Shown here one piece after another: positions 26,201 to 37,400 of a stretch of 64,000 nt of DNA. The notes under the pieces were generated by a model. The model was given only the letters and a program-made list of their open reading frames with translations, made no database searches and was not told where the DNA came from. The DNA is from Pecten maximus. Taxonomy: Eukaryota. Made by a program: the position numbers and the translations under genes. The stretch spans positions 31,930,001 through 31,994,000 of the forward strand of contig NC_047024.1 in NCBI RefSeq assembly GCF_902652985.1, read 5' to 3'. Each line of letters starts with the position of its first letter. The stretch's first letter is position 1.

Positions 26201-27520
26201 GGCTCAATGTGTGGGACAGGTCAGTAAATAAAATCATTTTGTTAGGGAAGCAGAAGTAGAGGAGATAAAAACAGATACTTCTTTACCTCCTGCAATACAT
26301 TCAATATGTTGAGTGTGTACATGCTGTTCAGTGATCAGTTTTCATCACAAAGTCATCACGTTCCAATAAGGGAATCTAAAATATAAAATTAAGAAAGATG
26401 TGGTTCAAAGCCAAACACAAAGAATTTTGATACATGTTAAATTGTTTCATTGACATTGATAATGATGAAAATGAATTTTGTTGTAACAATGAAATATTAC
26501 GTCATACATTTAATATTATTACAATTGTAAATTCTTATTTATTATAATTACAGTAAAGCTGAGGAAGGAAAGCCTACATCCAGATTGATTTAGTATTTTG
26601 TGTACATTACATTGTTATTTCTATTTTGTTCATGTTTAGCCATCAACTTAAATTTGTAATTACAAAGTGCTAATAAAATTGAATTGAAATACAAACATAT
26701 TTTTCTGTACCAAAATATGTCCATAATCCTGCACATTGCATATATATATATATTAACATTAATACTACATTCCTTAATTATCGTAATTTTTAATACAGAA
26801 AAATCACCTCTGTGGACTATTCTTATTGATTTAATTAATTGAAGTTTTTAATTATTCAGCTGGATTGTATATGTATGACTTTACATGATTTTTCAACAAC
26901 AAATGTGATGAATGTTAAAGGTTCCCTCAGACTCTCAGACTTAATCAAGATTGTACACACAAAGTGACATCACAAGTTCACAACAAATAGTTCAATGGTC
27001 AGAGACCTTAAGCTTGCAGATCCCTTAAAGCTGTGATGATGAATTCGAAGGATATATACATACGTAAATCCTCTTTTAAGTGCCATCTAATTAATAATAA
27101 TATTGATGTCATAGCATTTAATCTTGTTGATGAATATATCATATTGTCTATCCTTTGTTCTTTGTTTTGACTGATAATAGCTTTATCACTATAGACCTGT
27201 CATAATCAACAATAAATTCATGTTGTAATGAAACAACATTGTAAATGCAGGTTTGGCAACACTTATTTTTTCAAATGATTCTTACTTTCCTATTAGCAGA
27301 ATAACATGTATAATGTAAATGCCCAAATATATATGCATATAACACATTAAATGAATGAGACATAAATCGCTAAATGTACACAAAACACAAATAAAATTTT
27401 AATAATATTGTGAATAATATTGTTGAGTAATTGTGTTTAATTGAAACTGGTGACAACTTTGGAAGACTGATTTTTCAGACAAGTATGCTTTAGTGTGACT
27501 ATATGGTGTTCATGTGGACA

Positions 27521-28139
27521 TGTACACGTCTAAATTTATGTTCGTAAAGGTGTCGGTTTGAGGTGAAAAGCCGATCCTTTTACATTGGTGCCGTACTGAC
27601 CAGGATCTTGGCAACCCGTTTTGGGCATTTTTGAAATTTTGGTGCGATAAAATTGGTGAAAACTGAGTTGAAGTGATGGCAGATAAACATATTTCAGGTG
27701 TACCCGTTAGGGGTCCGGGGGCATTGTACACGTGGTCAGTCATGTAGTCGTCAGTATATTTCGACTCTGAATTGTTTGTAGGTTTTTATACCGTCGTCTA
27801 TCATATAGGAGTATGGCCGTGTAGCCGTTAGTATTTTCTAGAACTAGGACCATGTGGCTGAGAGTTCACTAGACACTACTGTCACGTTGTCAGAGTATGT
27901 GTGTTGGAGTGTATAACAGAGTGGTATAATTTGTCTATATGTCAGTGTGTTTTACACATTACTAGTGTTGTATAATAAAACTACCTGAACTTGATATATC
28001 TTGAGTTTGTGTTTATTTGCCAGACTTCACGTACAAATTATGGCTCAGAAAGTAAGACCCTGACGGACCCAAGATCACCGAACCTTGGTATAAATATTTT
28101 AAAGGTGTCGGTTTGAGGTGAAAAGCCGATCCTTTTACA
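27521..28139 (+). mobile_element. Miniature non-coding LTR retroelement (TRIM-like): deleted 5' LTR, tRNA-His PBS, PPT, intact 415-bp 3' LTR
   Basis: Exact 40-bp direct repeat TAAAGGTGTC...CCTTTTACA at 27545-27584 and 28100-28139. TGTACACGT at 27521 and 27725. TGGTGCCGT(AC)TGACCAGGAT follows the first copy. A purine-rich tract precedes 27725. TG...CA ends. Confidence 0.82.
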
Positions 28140-28299
28140 CTTACATAGAACAGCTGGGAAATATACTGTATCTTAAAATAATAATTCGTTCCAATTCTTT
28201 GATTGAACACAATTCAAAGTATAATTCTATATCGTCATTAACATCCCATTCGGATACATTTCAGCAGGATAAGCACAAAATGTAAAAAAAAAATACTTA

Positions 28300-28640
28300 C
28301 AAGCTAATCTGGAGGAAGAGACGAGACCCAGTAGGTCTAAATTATGTTGATTCGATGTGCCAGTGACCATGACCTGGCGAGTTTGGTGAATGGCATTGGC
28401 TAAGTTCGGTAGACTAGAGTCAACTGAGGTTAGTGATAGGAAAGCGCATGGCTGATAACAAACCTAGCCTGATCAATATTATAACAAGGTAACTTGTTTG
28501 TACATCACAAAATAATCCACAATGTTATTAAAAGACAAAATACAGAATTTGTCAACCTTAGCAACCTTTCAAAAGCACCGACCCGGAAGTTGTCAATTGT
28601 GTTGTAAAATGGATCCGTAACATTTCCGGATCGATATATT
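28300..28640 (-). promoter_or_regulatory. Putative promoter and non-coding first exon of MATCAP
   Basis: ETS sites ACCCGGAAGT (~28581) and TTTCCGGA (~28623). Minus-strand donor GTAAGT at 28299. A plausible acceptor at 26376 upstream of the ATG. Confidence 0.45.
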
Positions 28641-28832
28641 TACAAACTATGTAGTTTAGCAGGGCGGTCGAAACGGTTAGACCATATTTGTTTCGTTTTT
28701 GAAGTAACGACGTATTTAGTGATATTGGTTTACAACGAATGAATACTGACAAAATCATGCCGTGTGGATGCTATGTATTAACATCAGGTCCGTAAAATTG
28801 TATGTCTACTAGTCTATATTTGTTGGTTCGCA

Positions 28833-28864
28833 CAGAGACCTATATTAGTATACATAGGTCTCTG
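28833..28864. mobile_element. 32-bp inverted-repeat footprint flanked by a 7-bp TSD
   Basis: GTTCGCA | CAGAGACCTAT-ATTAGTATAC-ATAGGTCTCTG | GTTCGCA. Confidence 0.7.
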
Positions 28865-30465
28865 GTTCGCATTAGTAATCGACGTAATATGCTGGTTGTA
28901 CATGTACGTGAAATAGACTGGCCCCTAGCCTCTCTCCAGCTAAAATATTATAATCATAAATGAAATTGAACCTTATACTTTTGGTCGTTAAATGTTTCAA
29001 ACTAAGGGGAGATAATCTTACGTTGAAATAATTAATTGTAAACCTACAAAAACGAAACCTTGGACTGGTTGCTTGCTAGTATTCTAGTTGTACGACCATG
29101 CATAAATGCAGATCATAATTAAAATATACAAGCAATTCATTTTCCTTATTTGCTCTTGCCTTACGACAGGTTGTCACCGTGTCGCAGCAAATGTCATTTT
29201 TTGATGAAATCGAACAAAGTGAAAATTGAATTGTACGCTGATATAATTACTTGCATCATAAATTTTCTAAGTATTTGACTAAAACATTTTTTAAATATTC
29301 TTTTAACATGAACTAAATTATATGAACGTGTTGATATATTGTCAATATTGTATTTTTTAAAATAATTTACCTATTCTAACGATATCAGTGTTTGTGGATT
29401 CGAGCAGCATCAAGGTGGGAAAGCTAATTGCTGGGTTCTTAATATTTGTGAATCCAGTTAGTTCAACGTACTTAAACTAAGATGAAGATTCAATCCATTT
29501 TTTTGTCCAACTGTATACATTATAATGAGTAAATGATAATTCTAGTAGGCCGTGACTCATACTCTCTTATAATATTGTACGCATTTCAAAATCTTTTTTT
29601 TAGTTATCTTTTGTTATCTATCATAGTGCAATATCGAATTATATTATGTGACGAAATACTTATGTGTTGTAAGGCCATAGCCAATCTAATTAAAATCAGC
29701 TGTCGCATGCCTACGTTTACTGCGTACTGGGCCTTAACAAAGTACAATGTACCTTCAAATGTAGTAAACATAGTCATGTAACAGCCGATTTTAATCAGAT
29801 TGGGCCATATCATTACATATTTCCTGTCTTTATAAGGTGAAATGATTTTACATGGTTATATCATTGTCTTATTGTTATTTCTTAATCACGAGTTATGGGA
29901 CTTCCTATTGTTTTGTATATCGTAGCTTCATGTAATGTGTTTCACACTCGCTGATAATTTACCACGTGAATGCCATCTGCAGGTTTGGTAGTTATCCACC
30001 TACATTATGTAATATTGGTAGAGGCGACCAATGTGGGAACCTCAGACAGAACTGTAAATTTGCTTTCGCGCCTTCTTGGGACAAGGAAACGACTTGCAAA
30101 ATAAACATACTGTATCCATTTAATTGCAACATCATCTCTATATGATGTCTCAGTTTTCCTAACAACGTTTTTCCGTTCTTTCGTCTCACTTGCTAAAAAG
30201 TAGCACTTTTTGTCTCTTAAATTAAAGTCTCCATGCTGGACATTATGAGACCCAAAGTTGGTGGTTTTGATTGGTTACAAAATTGTATAAATATCATATG
30301 ACCAGGAAATATCAGTTACAGTGTCTATATAAGTATGAAATGTATGTGTGATAATATTATAAAAACACTCATCAATGGTCTCATCTTTCAATAAAACCGT
30401 CTTCGTGACGGTTGCGAGAACGTAAATCACAGTAAAAAAAATTACGAATGATACAACATATCATA

Positions 30466-30665
30466 CAGTGGAACTTCGTTAACTCGAACTCGGATAACTC
30501 GAATACCCAGCTTAACTCGAAGTACCTCGCCGGTCCCGGCCGAATTCTCTCTTTATCTTAGTAAAGAAAACTCGGAAAACTCGAAGAACTCGGATAATAC
30601 GAAGTGAAAATTTGGTCCCAACACTAAAAATTCTATTTGAAATGATCGAATAACTCGAAGTATAA
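30466..30665 (+). mobile_element. One end of a Tc1/mariner (pogo/Tigger-like) non-autonomous element
   Basis: TA|CAGTGGAACTTCGTTAACTCGAACTCGGATAACTCGAA, with reiterated AACTCGAA subterminal motifs. The opposite TIR was not found. Confidence 0.6.
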
Positions 30666-31039
30666 TTTTCGGCGATCGGTGGTAAACGCCGACATTTTTT
30701 AAGAGCTAAATTCCGTTTGTAATACTGAACATATCGGCACTACTAACCTACATGCTATTATGAGTGTTTCATAAATTCATAAAAGAAATTGTCGGTTGAA
30801 TCTTATAACAACATGTCTTGGTGATAAAAAGTACTGCTTTACTTACATCAGGTAATTTCCTAAGGCGGTCGCCGATATTAGTACACACGATAGTCAACAA
30901 CTCATCTACCCGTTCGCTCAAGCGGAACTAATCTCTGACACACCGGTAGATCTATATACATTTCATGCTTATCGTGTGTTCTGTCGATTGTATCCGAGCC
31001 TTTGGTTGTTCGTGTGATGTGTTGATCGTGTGTTATGTC

Positions 31040-31537
31040 TATCTTGTACCGAGTTTCCATAGGCCGTATCCGGATTTGATCATGACTGTGTCTCCAGTAG
31101 GTCGTGTCCGGATTTGATCGTGTCTGTGTCTCCAGTAGGTTGTGTCCGGATTTGATCGTGTCTGTGTCCCCAGTAGGTCGTGTCCGGAGTTGATCGTGTC
31201 TGTGTCTCCAGTAGGTCGTGACCTGATTTGATCGTGTCTATGTCCCCAGTAGGTCGTGTCCGGATTTGATCGTGTCTGTATCTCCAGTAGGTCGTGTCCG
31301 GATTTGATCGTGTCTGTGTTTCCAGCAGGTCGTGTCCGGATTTGATCGTGTCTGTGTTTCCAGTAGGTCGTGTCCGGAGTTGATCGTGTCTATGTCCCCA
31401 GTAGGTCGTGTCCGGATTTGATTGTGTCTGTATCTCCAGTAGGTCGTGTCCGGATTTGATCGTGTCTGTGTTTCCAGCAGGTCGTGTCCGGATTTGATCG
31501 TGTCTGTGTCTCCAGTAGGTCGTGTCCGGAGTTGATC
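31040..31537. repeat. 38-bp minisatellite (~13 copies)
   Basis: Unit GATCGTGTCTGTGTCTCCAGTAGGTCGTGTCCGGATTT. Confidence 0.95.
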
Positions 31538-32084
31538 AATTAAGTTTACGCCCTAACAACTTTCATACCAAAAGAAGTTTATGATGTCATTTACTCGGTC
31601 ATCATGATAGCACGCCAAATGTATCGGAACAATACGTTTTGTTATTTTCATTTTAAGTCTTGGGCAATTTATTGCAAAGCCTATTTTTTGTAAAGCTTTT
31701 ATTTGTATTCACACGATTTTGAAATATCATTTCGAACATTAATTACGGGATTCAGAACAAGAACTACATGTACATGGTATAGAAATAATATTGAAACATT
31801 TACACACTATCAACCACGGATATGTTTTGGTTATAATTGCCCTCTTTTATATTTCCTATGATTTCCTTCTCAATCTCAGGTTCTCCAAAAAGGAATCAAG
31901 ATTTCAAAAATTTGTGCCTTCTGCATAATTTACTTACAGTCTTTGATATGGCTAGGAGGTTAGCTCTCTGCTGTTGGCTTTGGAATCTCCTAGAGAGATG
32001 CTATGTCGCCGACAAGTAGCAATTATGCTCGAATGAAAATATCAATAGACTGTTGTTTATTAATTCTTTTACAATACTAAAAGT

Positions 32085-32830
32085 TACATACATACAAAAG
32101 GTGTGTTCTACGTTATTACCACCCTCCAAAAGTTACAAACAAATGTACTTTATGCTATTACCACCCTCCAAAAGTCACATACTTTACGCTATTACCACCC
32201 TCCAAAAGTCACATACTTTACGCTATTACCACCCTCCAAAAGTCACATATTTTACGCTATTACCACCCTCCAAAAGTCACATACTTAACGTTATTACCAC
32301 CCTCCAAACGTCACATACTTTACGTTATTAAAACTCTCCAAAAGTCACATACTTTACGCTATTACCACCCTCCAAAAGTCACATACTTTACGCTATTATC
32401 ACCCTCCAAAAGTCACATACTTTACGCTATTAAAACTCTCCAAAAGTCACATACTTTACACTATTACCGCCCTCCAAAAGTTACATACTATACACTATTA
32501 CCACTCTCCAAAAGTCGCATACTTTACGTTATTAAAACTCTCCAAAAGTCACATACTCTACACTATTAAAACTCTCCAAAAGTCACATACTTTACGTTAT
32601 TAAAACTCTCCAAAAGTCACATACTCTACACTATTACCAACCTCCATAGTTACATACTTTACACTATTGCCACCCTCATAATGTTACATACTTTACACTA
32701 TTACCACCCTCCAAAAGCCACATACTCTAGACTCTAGACTATTTTCGCTATCAACACCCTCAAACTGTTACATAGTTTTCCGCTATTAACGCCCTCTAAA
32801 ACTTGCATACCTGAATTTATTACCACCATC
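32085..32830. repeat. 34-bp minisatellite (~21 copies, degenerate at the ends)
   Basis: Unit CTATTACCACCCTCCAAAAGTCACATACTTTACG. Confidence 0.95.
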
Positions 32831-34043
32831 AATGGTTCGAGCTAGTCCTTTTATCTTTTTTATTTGGACTGATTAACAAATCAATTCCAACTTTTGTATG
32901 TAAATTTTGGTCTGATAAGCTATAACTGATAGGAAGCTATTGTTACGTGTGCTGGTTTTAGATATATTTCTATACTGTAGATGTCTTTATGCATGTCTGT
33001 AACAGGTATTTATACACTGTCAGCGATGTACGCGCTTCTAGGTTTACTGTTATCCTGCGTGCCACCTTTAAACTATTATAATTGGTCGTCCAAAAAATCG
33101 AAAATCGAAAATGAGTAAGCCATGGGTCTAAAACACTCTTCACACTATTTTGATATTGTCGTGGTCAACTTTTGTTTTCGGAACTTTCCGTCTGGAGTTC
33201 AACCCATCTGGTGCCTAGTACCGCTGATTAGAATAGAAGGAGCATATAGCTTTATGATGCAGGCTTTAAAGTATAGTTTCGACATTGTATAAACTACTAA
33301 ATCTATATTTGAAAAGTGATATTCAATAGTTTGTCGTTTAAAAAAAAATAGAACGTGATATTATGATTATTTGATGTAAAGCGACTATCGCGAAATGTAT
33401 GCTTTAACCACCGGTCTCATTAACTTTATCCTGCTTTGGCAACTTCACATAATATTAAAAATTCCTGATTCGTGAAAGGAGACACCTGTTAATGAAGCAG
33501 TAGAGCATCCGTCGTCCAGAGCTACGTTATCGCAGCTAATGAAGCAGAAGCTTTCTAGAATAGCTTATTCATGAAACAGTACTCATACTCAAATACATAC
33601 GTTCATGATTTAAGCGAGTTTAAAGGAAGTTGGATTGAGCACATATTTCATACTTGAGTACAATTTTTAGCGTTTTTTATGAATTCATTATTTCATTTCG
33701 TCTCATCTGTACACAAATACATAAAACAAAGTTCCAAGTGGTAGCGGGGCATTGTGATCAATATCGCGGAGGAAGGTCAGCGAATTACATCCTTGCTTTT
33801 CTCAATTGAGTTGCATCCAAGCTTACTCCGCTGATTTGTAGTGCTTATAAAGGAATGATTATGGGCCTCTGTATACAAATATCATACTTGTATTCATGTG
33901 TTGCCATCGCATTATCAATTTTGTAATAAGTATGTATTCTTTTACACACCGGTTGCCCCCATCCCCGGCATCCGTTAAAGGCAGTGTTTGTATAGCTTGT
34001 TTCAGATTGTAGTATCTCGGCGTAATCACGCGGACTTGAAGAA

Positions 34044-34273
34044 TTTGGTTTGGATGGTTTGGATGGTTTGTTTTGTTAAACGTCCTATTAACAGCCAGGG
34101 TCATTGAAGGACGTGCCAGGTTTTAGAGGTGGAGGAAAGCCCGAGTACCCGGAGAAAAACCACCGGCCTACAGTCAGTACCTGGCAACTGCCCCACGTAG
34201 GTTTCGAACCCAGAGGTGGAGGGCTAGTGATAAAGTGTCGGGACACCTTAACCACTCGGCCACCGCGGCCCCC
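34044..34273 (-). mobile_element. Full-length tRNA-derived SINE with 11-bp TSD
   Basis: The minus strand reads GGGGCCGCGGTGGCCGAGTGGTTAAGG (A box), GGTTCGAAAC (B box), TTTCTCCGGGTACTCGGGCTTTCCTCCAC (V-SINE-like core) and an AAACC tail. TSD GACTTGAAGAA at 34033-34043 and 34274-34284. Confidence 0.92.
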
Positions 34274-34445
34274 GACTTGAAGAAGCTACAAACTGAACTA
34301 ATGAGATAACTCACATTTCGAAGGCGCATTCATTTATTCGGAGCTTAAATATTCGCTCACCATGTAATAAAATTGTTTGCGTCTATTATCATACACAAAT
34401 GTAATGAAAGGATTGTCTTCAGCCATGTTAACGATATTGAGTTTA

Positions 34446-37400
34446 TCAGTACACTTCTTCGTAATTTAGGTAGACTGTCCAAAACAGAAACTGAAATAAG
34501 ACATACGCAATTAGATACAGGATCCGGAAGTACTTCTCCACGACACCAGTGGGAACCGACATGAAGAATTTCGCACCAAAGCTGTTGATCAGGTCGTCGC
34601 TTTCTGATTCTACACTGACCGGACCATCCTTCAATAACAAAAACAAAATATTTTAGAAGGCTGAAAAAACTTTTCCTTGTTATATAACTGCAATGCTGTA
34701 ATGATAAAATGTTTCATTTATCGAATATCTTGATTTTGATGCTTCATTTTTCTTGTTATCTTTGTACAAGTACAAAATAGAAAATGTTAAAATAATAATC
34801 TTGATCAGAGAACTAAAAGCACAAAAAGGAAATATTATCTGATGCATATGGTTTTTTTTTTTCAAATGTTTCACATCTTGGAGAAGTGGGAAATTATGTT
34901 TATATGAAGGTTCAGTCAGTATTTATTTATTTACCGACGGCAAGGTGTTCATTTCGATGAGATCTACATTGCTCCTTTGCTTACTATCCTGGGGATCGCC
35001 TATTCCCCCAACTACTGTGCGAATCTTCTTCTTCATTTCTTCCTGTCGTCTTACTTTATCTTGGAAGATATCCACAGCGTGTACAAATGTATATTCAAAC
35101 ATGGCTACCACAACGAAAAGCAGTGATACCACAAACCACACCTCCATTGCTGATATCACGAACTTGGCTGACAGGAACAACTTCGTTCCCACCTGTTCTG
35201 TGATCATAGCCAGCAGACACAGTGTTCCAAGCTTGACTCTTGAGGACACCTCCGAACGCTCTATCCAAAAACTCAGCCATCCGACAAGCACGATGAAAAT
35301 ACTGGGTAAAAACAAACGTGCTGCGCTACTGGCAAAACTGAATCTTACGTGTACCAATAGTTGTATGCACGAACTATCTACAACTGCAAATAAAATAAAA
35401 AATCTCGTTAAGTACACATATGTACAGTATAACAATTGAGGTTGACTTTATTTTGTTATGGTTTGTATTGCCATTCCTACATATGTAAGTACGTCAAAGC
35501 ACAGGCCTATATTTCGAGGTCCGACCGAAAAGGGTAAAGTCTTCAAATTAGACCGATAACATTAACTGCTTGGACAGGTGATATTCATGGACTGTCCGTT
35601 TCGCCTGTTTAAATTTGGAAGGAAGTAATCAATATGTACCCTTATTGGGTCAAAAACTTAACCTTTTCGGGTGTGATTATGGAATGGCGTAGCAAGATTA
35701 ATATAAGTTGATATAAATTGTTTCCTTATTGTAAAATAAATAAAGTGTTTACATTTACAACGGTGTCAGAGTTCTGTCAAAATCTGAAGGTAGGGTGCGA
35801 TCCGTTTTGTCATCTGCAGTGTCAGTTTCTTGTAAAATCCATATTTTACCAAAACATATAGGGAAATGTCTTCACGTTTGCCTTTTTTCGAATCAGTAGT
35901 GCTTTAACTCCAAAGCTTGGATTGTTGTATTTATGATATTTACGACTTGTGTTTAAGTAGCGAAAAATCTCCCGACACGCAATTTCCGAAACGTGCACCA
36001 ATGTTGCAAATTATTTTAAATTCCCAACACTCTTATAGAAAAACAACTCCAGTCAAATCATTGTAAGATTTACAACGTCAAACGTCTTTCCCATTTTTTT
36101 TGTTCTAGTTGAGAACATTAACAAAACATCTAATATATCTCTGTATGATACAATGGTCACTCAAACATCATATAGCTGCTTGTCAAAATTATATGCTGTG
36201 CTTATAATATCAACGTGTAAATATTGTGTAAAGTACCTGCACTCGTATCTGACGAGCACTTCGTGAACTCCAAAGCATGTTTGGTCACCTCGGGGTTTGC
36301 AAAAGTTACATTGATCTTCGGCTGATGAATGGTGTCCCATTCCATGGAGACTTGGTCGTTTGTATACGAATCTTAAAACAAACAAAAAACAAAAAAACAA
36401 AAACAATATACATATATGAAATGAAACTATTGTAATATAGCAACTAGATTAGTACGGTAGTTTATTAGACATATGCGAATACTTTCCAAGTTACCAAACC
36501 CTCTTGCAATCACAGGCCAAAAAAGATACATACATTTGTACATTGTATTTAAAAAAAAAATACACCATAAAACACTTGTTTTAAATATGAATCATTAAAT
36601 AACACTTAAAAACGGCAAGTGAAAAATGTTTTTTTTTCTTTATAGAACGTTCTAAAACGTCACGTAATATTACAAAAGTTTCAAATTTTGGGGAACTGTA
36701 TGTTTCTATAATACCATGCACTGTCATCAAATTATACAATCGCTATGAAAATGAAGTATAAAATGATAAAAAAGAAAAGAAATTAAAAAAAACCTAAAAA
36801 AAAACCCAATAGAACAAAAAAAAAAAAAAAAGCAAGAAAACGAATTACCATATACAACTTTGAAATTTGAATTTAGAAAATAAAAACACACGTATACCAT
36901 ATGAAATAAATACCCAGGACAATGATGATTTTTTTTAAATCACATTTTTTCAGTGTCTGTACTGCAGGTAGGTCGTAAGAATGATCGTAAGAGGCGACTA
37001 ACTTTGTGGAACATTATCTTTTCTATTCTTTCTGAACAACTTTTTTCTTCCTTAATATCTCCCTGACTACTGCACTATAAAGTAGGCATCAATTCCGTGC
37101 TATCACAAGGAGACAGACACGAATATATCGCAGATTCCCAGAATCTATATAAATTCGCCGCTTGCATGCCTCTCTCACAAAGGAAAGACTGCAGTTATTG
37201 ATAAGATGTTAAAACAATACTAAACCAAGCCTAAGCACCGCACTTTACTAGTAATGTGACTTGGTGAGGTGTCCTGCTGGGTGTTTTTGGCCGTGTGCTT
37301 CAGTGAGATAGCATTACAAACTGTATTTATATGAAAAGCCCTGGACCCGTTTATGATTGAGAGCATTTCGTTAAGAAATTATGTGGTTTTTAACGTTTGT

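Noticed and set aside
31040-32830. 34-38-bp repeats of CRISPR-like length
   Set aside because: Head-to-tail units with no unique spacers and no cas genes. The same applies to all arrays in the window.
34200-34273. tRNA-like head with A and B boxes
   Set aside because: It is a SINE head with no closed cloverleaf, followed by a SINE body, tail and TSD. Not called as tRNA.
34945-35439. Plus-strand ORFs 34945-35439, 50128-50436 and 25716-25955
   Set aside because: Antisense shadows of real minus-strand exons.
36960-37320. SINE-like motifs (CGTAAGAGGCGACTAA; TGCTTCAGTGAGATAGCA), also near 48218 and 53898
   Set aside because: Too fragmentary to define boundaries or family.
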